Source: Guillardia theta CCMP2712 (taxonomy: Eukaryota; Protista; Cryptophyta). From it: 64,000 nt of DNA. A model generated the notes under the pieces. That model did not search any database, was not told the DNA's origin, and was given only the letters and a program-made list of their open reading frames with translations. Made by a program: the position numbers and the translations under genes. This document shows, in pieces, positions 38,692 to 51,739 of the stretch. The stretch is from contig NW_005434617.1 in the NCBI RefSeq assembly GCF_000315625.1, positions 35,134 to 99,133 of the forward strand, written 5' to 3'. How positions within the stretch are numbered: the stretch's first letter is position 1; every line of letters starts with the position of its first letter.

Positions 38692-38859
38692 CTAAAAGTA
38701 CCCCGTTGAATGATATGTATTTCTCTGTACCCTACCCCCACAATACCCTACCCCTATTCAAAGCCTGCCTTGACACCATACGGGCCCAATAGCGCGGGAA
38801 GCTGCTTGTCCTTTGAAAGTTCCGAAGTTCAGAGGCGGACTCGATTTTAAAGCTTCCGA

Positions 38860-39390
38860 GTCCGAGGGACTCTGGACTCGTTGATGATGCCGCTGAGCCT
38901 TCCGAGCGACCGTGCTGAGTCGGCGGCCGGGCCGGGCCCGGCTGGCAGAGGCCGCCGGACTCGGAAGGCTTCGGAATATCCAGGCTCATAATGGTGTTGA
39001 ATGATGAACGAGTCGGATCATCCCGGGCAGCGTCTGACGCCGCGGACGTGACGCCGCAGCCCCCCCGGGCCGACGCCGGGCCGCCGCCGGCCGGGCGCCG
39101 CGGCCACGGTCCATGCCGCCGTACGGTACGGTACTAAGTCACGGCGAAGGACGGCCGCACTGCTCACCAACCGTGGCATCGGAAATCACGGTGCCGATAA
39201 GTTACCAACACAATTCAGAGTCAGATCAGAGTACGGTCAGACTTCTGTTCCGAGAAATTACCATGAAATGTGCCGATAAGTTACTAGCACATTTCAGATT
39301 CAGATTCTGTCCCTTATTTAAAGTTCCCAGCACGACTCGTGGCCGTCACCGTCCGGTGAGCACCGTGACTGGGCCCCTGGCATGAAAGTT
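38860..39390. other. GC-rich palindrome-dense intergenic island
   Basis: CCGG, GGCC, CGTACG and GAGTC words. Confidence 0.5.
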
Positions 39391-39479
39391 GCAGTGGCTC
39401 TGAACGTGTGGAAACCACCAGCCTGTTTCCACTTGTTATCGGAGTGGACTCGTCATTCCATCATGGAAGGAAAGATGTA

Positions 39480-40751
39480 ATGTTTTACATTGTACAATCC
39501 CCAAGCCTCTGGCGGCCGGTATTCAGCCCGGCATCATCGAGATGGGGACAGTTGTGAGAGACAGCCACCAAGACCTCCGCAGGTCTCTAGAACGTGAGGA
39601 GGTAATGTGGACCCCGGCCGCAGGAAGTGATCACGAAACCACCTGGCCAACGCAGCTTCTGATGCCCTCCATCATCAACTTCACCAGGGGCAGGTGTAAG
39701 AGCATTTCTTGTTCTTGGTGCTCTGCCCCAATGCATTGCCTCAAGTGCCCGAGGAAGAATGATGGCACGCCTTGCACGAAGCTGCAAGCAAGGACAAGGC
39801 GGATGTGTGTTTTGAACAGCAAATGAATATTTTGGGTGATGAATAAAGGCAAATTTGCCGCGTGATTGTATTGGATTGTTGCTTGGGTTCCCGGAGGCAG
39901 GCGTATGTAAGGGAAAGGGTGCAGTTTGGGTAGGGATTTTGTGTTGTACTCTTTCCGAGTTCGCAGCGTTTCGTGTTGCACGCGCTGCGTTTGACCGCTG
40001 CACGCGCTTCCTGTTCCGTGGGAGCAATGTACTCAAGATTACCTTCAGCAGTGATTTGTCGACTTCAACATCTTGAACGTACTGCTTCATTTGATATTTT
40101 CATCTTGTCCATCGGGGTCGAAACCTGTCAAGGAAATCATTTCGTTCATCGACTTCTTTAGACATTCATGTTTACCTTTTGCTAACCTTTGCAGCCTGGT
40201 TTCAATTCCTACACATTTGCTCAATTTGGTCAATTCGTTGATTACATTCACATTTTTCTGGATTGTCATCTATTGTGGATATTGACAAAAACTTCCTGGT
40301 TCTTTAGACAACTGTTTCTATCCTCTACCTGGAGCATCACTTCTCAATCGTGTACATTTCAACCGATACGCCGCTTCGTTATTTGCACTGTCAGAGTTCA
40401 AATTGAAGCATAAGGATCTTCTTTCTGATTGAGATCTTGACGGAATTCGATCAGTTGCTCAGACTGCGTGGTGGCACAGTAAGGGGAAATGCGCCTACTC
40501 GCCACTTCATCAAGTTTCGGTGGTGACGGCGAGAGCGAGGGAACGGCGAAAAGGGAAGCGTGAAGATCCGCTCTCACTTCCATCATCACTGTGAGGCAGC
40601 GTGACTGGTGCCGCTGCGGCACTGTTACTGAGTCAGCACCATGATGCTGATGAGCCTGTAAAAGCATCCACCTCGCTGCCGATAAGAGACATAGAGAAGA
40701 CGGAAGGCAGTTCGGCGCTTCTGATCTACCTACGGCGCTAAGCAAGTCCAT
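39480..40751 (-). CDS. Hypothetical multi-exon protein
   Basis: Several protein-like minus-strand exons flanked by GT/AG. No recognised domain. Confidence 0.4.
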
Positions 40752-41305
40752 GGTGAATCAGCGCCGGGGAGAGTATCCGGGAGCTGTGAATCAATTACAT
40801 GTAGCTTCGGAAGATTTCAATTAAAACGGAAAATTTGTACCAGAAAGATTGGAAAATCTCAAGATTGGACGTCGCGTCAGGCGGTCCTAGTAGAAACTAC
40901 GACCCCCAACCCGGTGCTGACCGAAATAGATAGCCGTTAGAACATTGACTAAACATTTGTAACAAGTCTTCTCTCTAGTCCTAGCTAGCAGGAGACCCAG
41001 GGTCACGTTACCTCGCGGAGGAGTTTGAAAAAAAAAGACAAAGTTCACCTAGGAATTGGGTCCTACCAAAGCTTTAAAACAGCCACGGTAAATAGGGCCC
41101 CCTACTACCTGATGGCGGACGTGGGGGGGAGGACAAGGGCATATATTGTAAGACGAGAGTAGGGAAGAAGGCACGGGGAAGGGAGAAGATAGCGGCAAGG
41201 AGGACGAAGAAAGAAGAAGAGAGGAGAAGAGAGGAGAAGAGAGGAGAAGATAGTCAAATCTTATCTTTTATCTGGACGAGCGTCATAGGTCATTGCATTG
41301 TCATT

Positions 41306-42595
41306 ATGTCATCGAGCGACCAGGTAGTGGTTTTCAACGATTCTGAGAATGCATCACAAGGACGTGAGACGCAGACATCACGATTGGCGATGAGTAGCAT
41401 TTCTGTGGATGAAAGCCGAGAGGCCATGGTGGAGACCCCAGTTTCCTGCTCCAAACCTCCTCGACTGCATTACTTGGACAAATTGCGAACATTTTTAACG
41501 CTTCTTGTGGTCGTGCATCATTGTTTTTGGGTAGTTCAAGCAGGCTGGGTGCCCTTCCAAAGGCCATGGCAGACTGATAATGCAACGACAGTGATCCAGT
41601 ACATGATCCTGGCGGGAAACCAGGCGTTCTTCATGGGTCTCTTTTTCTTTTTGGCTGGCCTCGTCACTATTCCGTCTCTGAAGCGCAAGGGTGCGAAGGT
41701 GTTTCTGAAAGACAGATTTTATCGATTGATGGTTCCCGCTATCCTTTATGACTTGATCGGTTTCCCTTTCCTCTGGGTTGTCGTTGAAGCTGCATGGAAT
41801 AGTCCTATGAAGGGCTCAATCTTTTCTTTCGGTAAGGTGTGGACCGACTACTTCATGTTCTATAAAGACCGCGTGTTTGTTGTCAATCATATGTGGTTCA
41901 CAGTGACTTTGTTTGCCTTCAATTTGACATTGGTGTGTGTACCCGAGAAGTATATTTTTGTTGAACACTCCATCGAATCGATGTCAAAAAAGGAAATCAT
42001 GATTGTACTGATGAAGATGTCTTTGGTACTGTTCGTTCTCAACTGTGTGCCCCGTTTTTTATTGCCTGACGGTTACATATGGATTCCTGTGTACGGAAAT
42101 CTTGGATTCCTCATGCAATACAGTTCCGCCTTTGTTGCTGGCATTCTTGCGAACTCTTACCAATTCTTAGATCACATTCACATGGAACATTTGTCCCTCA
42201 CACTCACATGCAGCACAGTCTTCTACTTTTTATTTCAGATTTTTCAAGTGTACTTATTTGAGGTCATCCGTGGAACAATGGGTTTCTATCCTCAAACGCT
42301 CTTCTTGACCCTCTTTGAGCAATCTTTTGCTGTATTTTGGGCATACTCGCTGTTGGTACTTTTTAAAGAATATCAGAATGGAAATCCAACTCAGATCCAG
42401 AGTCAAATCATCGGCTCCGCTTATGCAACATACATCATTCATCAGTGGATCATCGTACCATTGGCAATTGCTTTTGCTTACACAAATTTGTACCCGTTAG
42501 TTGTTAGCCTGATCTTGTCTCTAGTGTCGCCGTTTCTGGCTTGGGGAGTCGGAATCGCGCTCAAAGCCATTCCTGGATCATCGATTATTCTCTAA
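41306..42595 (+). CDS. Acyltransferase-3 family membrane protein (OpgC/MdoC-like), intronless
   Basis: RLHYLDKLRTFLTLLVVVHH, NQAFFMGLFFFLAG, SLKRKG..FLKDRFYRL..P, HMWFTVTL and AYATYIIHQ; about 10 TM helices. Confidence 0.9.
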   Translation: MSSSDQVVVFNDSENASQGRETQTSRLAMSSISVDESREAMVETPVSCSKPPRLHYLDKLRTFLTLLVVVHHCFWVVQAGWVPFQRPWQTDNATTVIQYMILAGNQAFFMGLFFFLAGLVTIPSLKRKGAKVFLKDRFYRLMVPAILYDLIGFPFLWVVVEAAWNSPMKGSIFSFGKVWTDYFMFYKDRVFVVNHMWFTVTLFAFNLTLVCVPEKYIFVEHSIESMSKKEIMIVLMKMSLVLFVLNCVPRFLLPDGYIWIPVYGNLGFLMQYSSAFVAGILANSYQFLDHIHMEHLSLTLTCSTVFYFLFQIFQVYLFEVIRGTMGFYPQTLFLTLFEQSFAVFWAYSLLVLFKEYQNGNPTQIQSQIIGSAYATYIIHQWIIVPLAIAFAYTNLYPLVVSLILSLVSPFLAWGVGIALKAIPGSSIIL

Positions 42596-42771
42596 TCCCT
42601 CCTCCTTACCCTTGTCCTGGCGGCAGGGCGGGCGGAGGCTTGGACGAGTGGCAGCCTCGTGGACCGTGGAGTGATGAATCCAGCTTCCGAGCTTGGAGCG
42701 TTGAAGGGCTTGGGCTCGGCGTAGAGCAGGGGTCTGATTGACCACGGGGCGGATCAGCTTTGACGTGCCTC

Positions 42772-42773
<2 letters not shown>

Positions 42774-42829
<56 letters not shown>
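42774..42829. repeat. (TG)n microsatellite
   Basis: TG dinucleotide run. Confidence 0.95.
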
Positions 42830-42830
<1 letters not shown>

Positions 42831-43663
42831 TTGGGAGAGAGAAAGAGAGTGGGGGAGGGGGGAGAAGAGTTATTTTGCTTTAGGAATAAATGAATTGGTT
42901 TGACAATTCACAAGAGAAAGAGCTGGCAGGATGGACTTCTTTATCACTTCTATTTCTCGCGAGAATCCGTATTCTACATCGAAACGAAGCCAAGACTACT
43001 TATCTTTGCTTTTGTACCGTAGGTGTTGTACGGAACGGGATAAATAAACGTCTCTGTGTCATGAGAAGCGATACTGTAACCCCACAAGACATCTCAGAGT
43101 CATCCCTTCGGCCAGTGGCCGAAGCAGAAAAATGGTCAACTGGGCTATTCAGCTTCACTTCGCATCCTGGTTTGGATTTCTTTTGACCTCAATTAAAGTG
43201 GTTGACTTGTCGATCTCGTCACTGTGCAGGAGGTTGTCTGGAATCTGCCGCTGACCGTCAACCGGGCATCCGGCGGCGCGGCGCCGGGGGCCCGCGGCCC
43301 GCGGCCTCATATCGCGGCTCCGAATCCCGGAGCCGCCGCTCCGAGTCGGAGGCGGAGATGCACGGTTCTAGGCTCGCCGAGCCGCCCGACTCCAGTGAAG
43401 GCTGCGGCACGCCGCCGCATCCGAGTTCGGTACTACAGTCACTCGCCGCGGACTCCGGGGCGGCGGCCCGCCCGGCCAGCCTGCAGTGACTCCCGCCGGG
43501 TCACACTGTCAGTGGCCCAGCCTCCATGACTCAGCCGCTCGGCGCGGCCTTGAACTCAGTGCTCCGCTCTCTCATCAGTGTGGCATATTGCTCCGGGCGC
43601 GGCGCTCACCGGGGCTCCGCTCTCAAATACTGTTCTGAGTGGGGACGAGGGCACATGCGGATT

Positions 43664-45030
43664 GTCATGGCGGGGCCGGGAAGGGTTTGCATCATGCTAT
43701 ATGTTGGACTGCTGCCTCCCGTCAAACCCCCAAACCCATTGTCTCTGTCCTCTCTGTCCTCGTCATCCTCTCTGTCCTCTCTGTCCTCGTCATCCTCTCC
43801 GTCCTCTCTCTCCTCGCTATCCCCTTTCTCCTACCTTTCGCCTCGCCCCCTTCTCTCGCCTGTCTCACCGCTCGCGTCTCTCTCGACATCCCCGTTCTCC
43901 ACCCTCCGCTCTCGACGATCTCCCATCACCTCTCTTGTTCCTCTCCTTCCAACTTCTAACGTCAGACGTTCCTTGTCCTCGCTACCACTGAGGCTCAAGA
44001 ACGAGAAGCGACGACCCCCGGCCGAAGACCGCTTCCTCCTCCCTCACTCTCGCTTCGAGGGCCGTTTCTTTCCTACCACTGAGTTCGCCACCTTTGAGGC
44101 TGAGATGGAGGCCCTGGACCAACTCGATGAAATGGAGCGAGCAAAGGCCTCTTCACTGCCCCCAATCCGCTTCGACGAGAAAGGGGATGTATCCTTTGGG
44201 ATCCATTGGCGGGAGCAGACTGAGTGGAGCCGACGGTCTGTAGCGGCCAAGGAGCGATGGAAGGACCCAATGTGAGCGATCCTTCACAAGGAGAGTCGCC
44301 GCTGACGTTGCAGCAGCGAGAAGTCGGATGCTCTCAAGAAGCGGATGGAGTCGAAGAGACAGGCGCAAGGGAAGAAGAAGAAAGCGACGAGAAAGCAGGA
44401 CAAGGATTCAGCGGTCGCGACGCAAGGCAAGGAGGAAGGAGATCAAGACCCAAGGACGGAAGGGAAGAAGCGCAAGTCAGACAAGCTTCGTCAGCTTCAC
44501 CAGGATCAAGGCACATGGTGGCGATTTTTCCTTGTCGTTTCCTCCCTGACTGTGGCAGTCAGGCTGACTGAAAGGCTCCTCTCCGACTCTGAAGTGCGGA
44601 AGGGAAGTCTGGAATGGCGTCTGGCGAAGCGAGAGCGGTGAGAGGCAAGCATGCTCAGTCTACGTTGTTGACCGTTGGCAGTTACCGACAAGCGGCACTG
44701 GCTCGACTACAAAAGTCTGTACCACTACCTGGGATGATGAATGTTTGTCCTAACATCACCCAAACAGGAGCAAGTCGAGTGATGAAGCAGAAGGGACAGA
44801 GCTGGATGTAAGAGAAGAAGAATACGGACACCCTCCTGATGCTTGTACAGCAGGAGCAAAAAGAAGCCATGTTGCGAGCCAGGAAGCGAGAATACATGCG
44901 GAGGTAATTACCTTACCTTGTTCGCAAGACACCAGGCTGACAAGACGGAATGCTTGCAAGGTACCGTGAGAAGAAAAGATTGCAAAGAGACGGTGAAAGT
45001 GTGGGGGAGATTGACCCTAGGGATGGAGAG
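43664..45030 (+). CDS. Hypothetical basic, Lys/Arg-rich multi-exon protein
   Basis: Exons RRSVAAKERWKDP, KRMESKRQAQGKKKK and EWRLAKRER. Ser-rich transit-like N-terminus; true start uncertain. Confidence 0.45.
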
Positions 45031-45114
45031 GGGCAAGGGAAAGAAACAGAATGAAAAAGATTTCAACTCAAGCTTGACCAGGGTATCTGCTGTCTTACTC
45101 GTTAACATCGCATT

Positions 45115-46071
45115 GAACTCTCAGTATCGGCTCCCATTGCCGCGGCTGCGGCTGGACTTGAAGAATGTTGACTGCCATTACCTGACGCTCGTTAGCGCAG
45201 AGCAGAGGGTAACAGGGGAGGACAGTGGTCAGACGAATTGGGCAAAGGGTGGAGGAGAGGGGCAGAGCTTAGAGGAGCGGGGCAGAGAGTAGTAGAGGAG
45301 GAGCAGGGTTCAAGGATCAGGCTTCAGAGGGAGGAGCTCACTTCGACGAGGAAGGAGACGGATTCCTCCCCAAGGATGTTGACCTCCGAAGTCTTCGTCT
45401 TGGAGCACTGCCGTACAGTCACAACAAGATCATGGAAGAGCAAGGCCCACCAGCTCCACTTCCACTCCCTCAGCCGCGAGCTGCATCCTGACATGCATGG
45501 GATGAGTCTTGCGGGAGGAGCAGAAACTAAAGGGGACCTCCTAGCCGCAGCAGCCGCTTCATCCAGTTGGACGAGCGCGAAGCGGGAGGGAGCTTCTCTC
45601 TGAATCCCTCCCTTAGAGATGGACTTGAGCATCCTTTTCTGGTTGCTGTCGACGATCTTGAACGTCCTTGTCTGCCCCGGCGCGATCATCTGGAGAATCG
45701 GTAAGGGCCGAACTTGCCGCCGCCACCGCACCTCCTCTCGCCCCACTACCATGCCATACAGTTCTCTCATGCCCTGCCACTCGTTGATCAGATGCCCATT
45801 GCAAGGGAAGGCTCGTTACCATGGTTATGACTGGGCTCCTTCGGCGCAATGAGGGGGAGGATCGGGAGGAGAGGAGAGGAGACTTGACGAAAGGAGGGAG
45901 AGAGAAAAGAAGAGGGAGGGGCTTCACGTTGCATGAGGGGGAAGAGAAGGAGGAGAAGGAGGAGAAGGAGGAGAAGGAGGAGAAGGAGGAGAAAGAGGAG
46001 GAGGAGGAGAAGCCGTATACTGCGACGGCTCGAGCGAGCAACAGTAGCCATGGCACGATCGGATCCCGCAC
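45115..46071 (-). CDS. Hypothetical protein with signal peptide and Phe-start transit-like peptide
   Basis: MVRDPIVPWLLLLARAVAVYG-FSSS... followed by an exon at 45340-45790 and a short terminal exon. Confidence 0.5.
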
Positions 46072-46185
46072 CATGGTCTGTATATCAAGTTGGGTCCGCC
46101 TCAGGGAGAGCTTTTAACTAATAAAATAAAGACTGATTCTGCTCTCCTCCCTTCTCATTATTCCCTCCACTCCCGGCTTCCGAAC

Positions 46186-46333
46186 TCTGCTCTGCCCTGC
46201 CCTGCCCTGCCCTGCCCTGCCCTGCCCTGCCCTGCCCTGCCCTGCCCTGCCCTGCCTTGCCCTGCCTTGCCCTGCCTTGCCCTGCCCTGCCCTGCCCTGC
46301 CCTGCCCTGCCGCCCTGCCCTGCCCTGCCCTGC
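46186..46333. repeat. (CTGCC)n pentamer microsatellite
   Basis: Tandem CTGCC/TTGCC units. Confidence 0.95.
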
Positions 46334-46509
46334 TCCGAGGCTCTGCTCTCAACGGCGTTCCGACCGTCTGGACAGTGATGTACTGAGGCGGCCCGTGACT
46401 TGCATCGGACCGTCCGACCGACGTCGATACCCAGGCTGTGATAGGAGGGAGTGGAGGGTTGACCTTATAGTTTAAGCACTTTGATAACTTGAGCTCAGTA
46501 AGGGACTCG

Positions 46510-49500
46510 CTAGTCCAACAGCTTCAGGATCGCCTTGAGCTGCCAGACCTCAGCAGCCTGCGAGGAATCAGCGAGCACAACGACACGAGCAAGAGGAGGA
46601 GCAAGGGGAAGAGCAAGAGGAGGAGCAATGCTTACCTGCAGCTTCCTCACGATCTGCTCGCAGAGGTCGCGCCTGTCTCCCTCCTGACCAGCTTCCTGTC
46701 GCCTCTGCCCCGTCGCCTCCCCCGTCGCCTCCCTGCTCTTCGCTATGATCTCTTCACCCTCACTCGGTACCGGGTCCTTCACCTCCTTCTGCTTTGCTGC
46801 CTCATTGTACCTGACCTCCAGCTCGTCCGCCTCCTTCCTCTTCTCCTCGTGGGCAGTGGCAGGTGGGCGCATAGCTCGTGGCTGCTGCTTGTCCCAGCTG
46901 GGGTCGTCCTGGAGGAGCTCGACGGCCTCGGGCACCAGCGGCTCATCCATGTCAGTGTCTCGTGGGTCACTGGCGGCGTCCCAGTAGTTGACGCCTCCTC
47001 GGAGGAGGATGGGCTTGTTGTGCCAGACAGAGAGGAAGAGCTTGCCGAGGTGGCCGGGGGATGAGAAGGCGACGAGGAGGTAGGGGGAGTCGATGGGCTC
47101 GAGGGTGACGGCGAAGTTGAGGCTGCACTCGCGGTCGAGCTTGAACTGGATGGGCGGGGGGTTGAGCATGTCAGAGCGGGAGAGGTCGATCCCCTTGTCC
47201 TCGATCGTCTTGCGCTTCAACAGCACGAAGCCGATCGGGTTCGCGGCATCCGCGTCCTGCAGTGGCTGGGGCTGGGCGAGGGAGATGAAGCAGAGGGTGC
47301 GAGGCTCCGACACGTGAAGCTCGAACTGCGGGTTCAGCAGCCACTCGCCGCGCGTGTCGTCAGGCTGGAAGGGAGGACCTTTAGCTCCTCCTCTCGTCCA
47401 GTACGCCTTGGATCGCGTGATGGTCCACGAGGAGGGGAAGAGGCGGTTGACGAGCAGGCAGCCTGACTGGAAGGTGAGGTACATCTCTCCCTTCTCCAGC
47501 GTCCCGTCTTCCCCGTCCGCCTTCATCCAAAACTTGTTGGGGTCGTCGTGGGGGCATTCAGCAGCTAGAGCTCGATACTTGCTCCAGTTGCTGCTGCTGT
47601 TGCCCCAGTCCCCGCTGTACTGCGAGTCACCTTGCCAGGGGTTCCACAGCTGCACCATCCTCCCTCCCTCCAGCTCCTTCAGCGCTAGGATGGGATACAC
47701 TCGCCCCTTGTGCAGCGACACACAAGCAGCCGTGCTGGCTCCTCCGCCGAAGTAGAAGCCGAGCATGCAGCCGCTCTTGAGCCAGTCCACCATCTGCCGC
47801 CACAGCGACCCGTTGACCACTCGCGTGAACACGTCGGGAGCTCGAGACTCGTCGAGGAGGAGGACCTGCGGAGCCCCTGCGCCCCCGTCAGACGAGCGAC
47901 TCGCCAACTTCCTCACCTGCTGTCAGGTCCTTGAGCGCGTGCTGGATCCTCCCCTGCGACAGCCGCTCGTAACAGCCGAAGGCCTTGGCGTAGGCCTTCT
48001 CAAGCAGCGGAAGCCACATGATCCGCTGCGACCGCATGTCCTCCTGCCCGAACGAGCCTTGTGCGTCCACTCCCGCAGAGAAGAGGAGAGCCCTCGAGTC
48101 TTTTTTTGCGGGGAGGCTGCGCCAGCAGGTCAGGAGCAGGAGCGGAGGGAAGGAGCAGCAAAGGCTACCGGTCATCGATGATCACTTTCTTCCACTTGCC
48201 CTTCTTGAAGACGCGGATCACAAAGACCCCGCACTCCGTGTTCCACTCCACGAAGAGCGACTGCAGCTGCTCGAGCTTCGTCGCTACCTGCCGGTCACCC
48301 TCGTCAGCCCCCCCCCTCCCTCGTCAACGACCGAGACCGCAGAAGCTGCTGCCAGAAACCAAGAGTTGGCGATGCTGCCCTGCTTGATGACAGAGCTCTT
48401 GCCTCCCTCGGGAAAGAGGATGGGAGGACTGGTGGGGGGCAACCTGCGAGCGGAAAGTGAGGGAAGGAGAGTCAGGAATTCGAGCGAGGATCACCCGCAG
48501 TTCAAGTGCTCGCGCAAGTCTGGCTGGCCGTGCCAGCAGGGGCGGAGGAAGGAAACTTCCTCCACCTTCCACCTCTCCGAGTCCGACGAGCGATTGAGCA
48601 TCTTGCTGCCGACAGGGAAGTCCGGGTCCTCGTACTTGCACTGCAACTTCTGACAGCACGCGATGATCTGCTTCGCGCTCCTCCTCTCCTTCCCTGGCCC
48701 CTTCTGCTGGCTCCCACCCGACGGGTTTTCTTGGAAGATCTTCTCTTCGAGGTCAGCCGCCTCGAACTCGTAGTCCGACTCCTCGTCCGACTCCTGCTCG
48801 TCCTGCACGCCTCCCTTGGGTTGGATCAGGTTGTCTCCCCCTCGCGGCTCCAGCTGCACCGGCTTGTTGGCTGTCACGGTCAGCCAGAACTTGAGCTCCC
48901 CGACGACTTGGCTGGGGTCGAACACCATGGGGATGATGACAAACTCGTCGCGCTCCTTGCCAGGGTCGAGGATCTTCGGTGCAGATATGACAACGTCGCG
49001 ACTCCTCTTGAAGGGCTTCGACATCAGCTCCACGTCTGCTCGCTTCAGCTGAGAGCCAAGCTTCTTCCCCTCAAGTACTCTCTTCCGCACCACCGCCACC
49101 CCGATGGCAACATTGTACTCAGCAGGCTCCTTGAACGGCTTTCGGAAGGAGGGGGTAGATGCCCCTCGCTCGTAGTCGGGGTTGAACCTCGAGTCCTGTT
49201 GCGTCACCGAGATGAACACCTGCGTCTTCTCTCCCGTCGCCAACTTTAGCATCACCTGCGGGTTCTGCCACCAGTTGGGGTTTCCCATCTTCGGCAGGCC
49301 CCCGCAAAGGCGCGCCGTCTTCCGCCATGCTCCCTGCACCACCAGCGGCTCGGGCTGTGGGTGTGTGGAGCGTGGCACATACCAGGAGGGAGGGAAGAGC
49401 TGGCAGATGTGGAGGACATGGAAGTATCTTGTCCAGTCTTCAAAAGTCATCCAGAAGCTGCCGCCCATGGATGCCTTATCATAGTCCAGCGCCTTAGCTA

Positions 49501-50887
49501 TCTCCGGATTTGCCACCCACTCCGGCCCGTCGTTGGACCACATGCCGCTCCAGGGGCTCGAGTTCGTCTGCACGTTGGGCTTCAGCTTCATGAACCGCAT
49601 GCCCACCGCAGGCTCCTTCACGTCCAAGATCGAGTACACGCAGTGACTCTTGAAGTCACCGTCGAAGTCCGTAGTTCTCCCCTCCCTCTCCACTTCCTGC
49701 CAACACCCCAGCAGACCTTGCTTGCACCAGAGCAGCAGCTGCTGCCACAGGTACCCATTCATGATCTGGTCCTGCACATTCTCCTCTCGCAAGTTGATGG
49801 CCTGTGCGGCTCCTCCTGTCAGGTCCCTCAGCGCATAGGTCACGCTCCCCGTCACCAGCGCTTCGTAGCACCCGTGCATCTTCGCGTACGCTTTCTCCAG
49901 CAGCATCGGCCAGATCTGCTGAGGATCGCTACTCCGAGTGTACAGCGGGACGTTCACTTGGTCGCAAGGGATCCTGTCGTCGATGACAACATTGTGCCAC
50001 TGCCCGTACTTGTAGTAGCGGACGGTGTAGATACCGTACGCCCTCCCGTTCTCGGTGGAGGGGATCAGAACTTCCAGCAGATCGCGTCGTCCCACGAGGC
50101 ACCCAAGGGCCCCAACAAACCAGCCGTTCCCTAACGACCCCTCCACCAGGGGCGCTGCCTCCCCAAACACCACCGCTCCTCCGCTGCTTACGATCTGGTG
50201 GGGCCGGATCCACTTGACGGCATCATGGGGGATGTGATGCCTGGAGGGCTTGCGAGGGTCCATGAAGAGCGAAGAGGCAGCGGCAGGGAAGTCCGGGTCG
50301 ACGAACTTGCCGCCCTCATCGCGGTTCGCCGGGTCCGCTAGCAGCTCTTCCTCCCTCGAGCCTGAAGTGAAAGGGATCAGCATCTCCCGCTTCGCAGACT
50401 TCTCCCCCTTCATCGTCATGTGCTGCTGCTCCTTTCCCTTGAGAGCCGAGGGATCGGAGCTACCCGTGAAGGCCTTCGCCTGCGGGAGACGCTTGATCTC
50501 TCCTGGCCCTTTCGACTCAGTCGCCACCTCCACCTCGCCTGGCTGCTGCTTTCCCCACGATCTCGTCAGCTTCCGAGGCACAGGGTTTCCTCTCGTGGTG
50601 CTCTGCGGAAGCCGAGAGCCTTGCTGGGCATGCAGCTGCTCGAGCTTGGAGGCCTTCTGTCTGACAGCCTCCTGCACGCCTCCTGCACCGCTCCACTGTC
50701 GGACGCCATCGCCTGCTTGACTTCGAGGGGCTCGGCTCGCAGCGTTGGAGGAGGCAGCGGGTTCAGGAGCGAAGGAGACAGCAGGTCTGCCATGAGAGGA
50801 AGAGGAGGATCTGCCTGCCCTCGCCATCGCCTGGCGATCCTTCATCGCCAGGTACTCCTCCAGCTCCTCGTCCTCCATCCCCGCCAT
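46510..50887 (-). CDS. Calpain-like protein with two tandem CysPc + domain III modules, both catalytically degenerate
   Basis: Module 1: [62 protein letters not shown]. Module 2, across introns at ~48445-48493 and ~48110-48165: [47 protein letters not shown]. Confidence 0.9.
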
Positions 50888-51289
50888 TTCCCTGGAGAGT
50901 GAAAGTTTTACTCAACCCCCAACCTAAAAGACAGCAAGTTATGAATACAAGTACTAATAGACCTTCAGGGTATGAGCGTCGGCCCGGCGGCCGGGCCCGC
51001 CACTGAGCTGCCCTGAGGGACTCACCCAGCCAGGCCGCCGTGTTGAGAGACTGAGGCTCAGTCCGAGTGACCCGACGGGGTTGGGGGGCCGGGCACTGGT
51101 CAGAGCGCAGCCGGCGGGCCGGTCCGGGCCGGCCGGCACTCACTGCCGCCGGGCCGCCGGGCCGGGCAGACCGTACGGTCGCCGTGAAGGCTGTGACTCA
51201 AAAGTTTGGAACTTTGGAAGTTTGAAAGTTTCTTCTCGCCATCCGAATGTTTGAGCGTAAAGTTTGTTTCACCGGGCGTCACAAACTGA

Positions 51290-51500
51290 CCACCCCCACC
51301 CCTCCTGCCATGGACCCCTACCAGTAATACCGTGAAAGAAGCAGCGAACACTACCCCACCCCACTCAAATAGCGTTCTATACCCAGAGTTTTCTAGGTAC
51401 CTGACCACCCCAACGACAATATACCCCTGGGTGAACTACCCCACCCGATCTAGGAAATTGAACCCGTCTTTCAGCCTGCTGCTCCACCCACCCCACCGCC
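51290..51500 (+). promoter_or_regulatory. TACCCC-rich tract upstream of clpS, next to a GC island (50980-51200)
   Basis: TACCCC/CCCCACC words on the + strand before a + strand gene. Confidence 0.4.
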
Positions 51501-51739
51501 CCTTATCGCATCTTCGCTTGCCATGCCCCGCCTCCTCTGCGGTCTCCTCCTCGTCGTCGCCGCCGCCGCCTTCGCTCCCCCCCTGGTACTGTTCTGACTA
51601 GCCCCTCCTTCTCTTCATCATCCTTCCCGCATCCCTTGCTCCTGCCTTCATCATCTATTTGCTTGCCGCGCAAGACTTCAACCAACTTGATGACGGCCCC
51701 CAATCTTGTACTTACTTTGTTCGTTTCCTATAATTCGAT

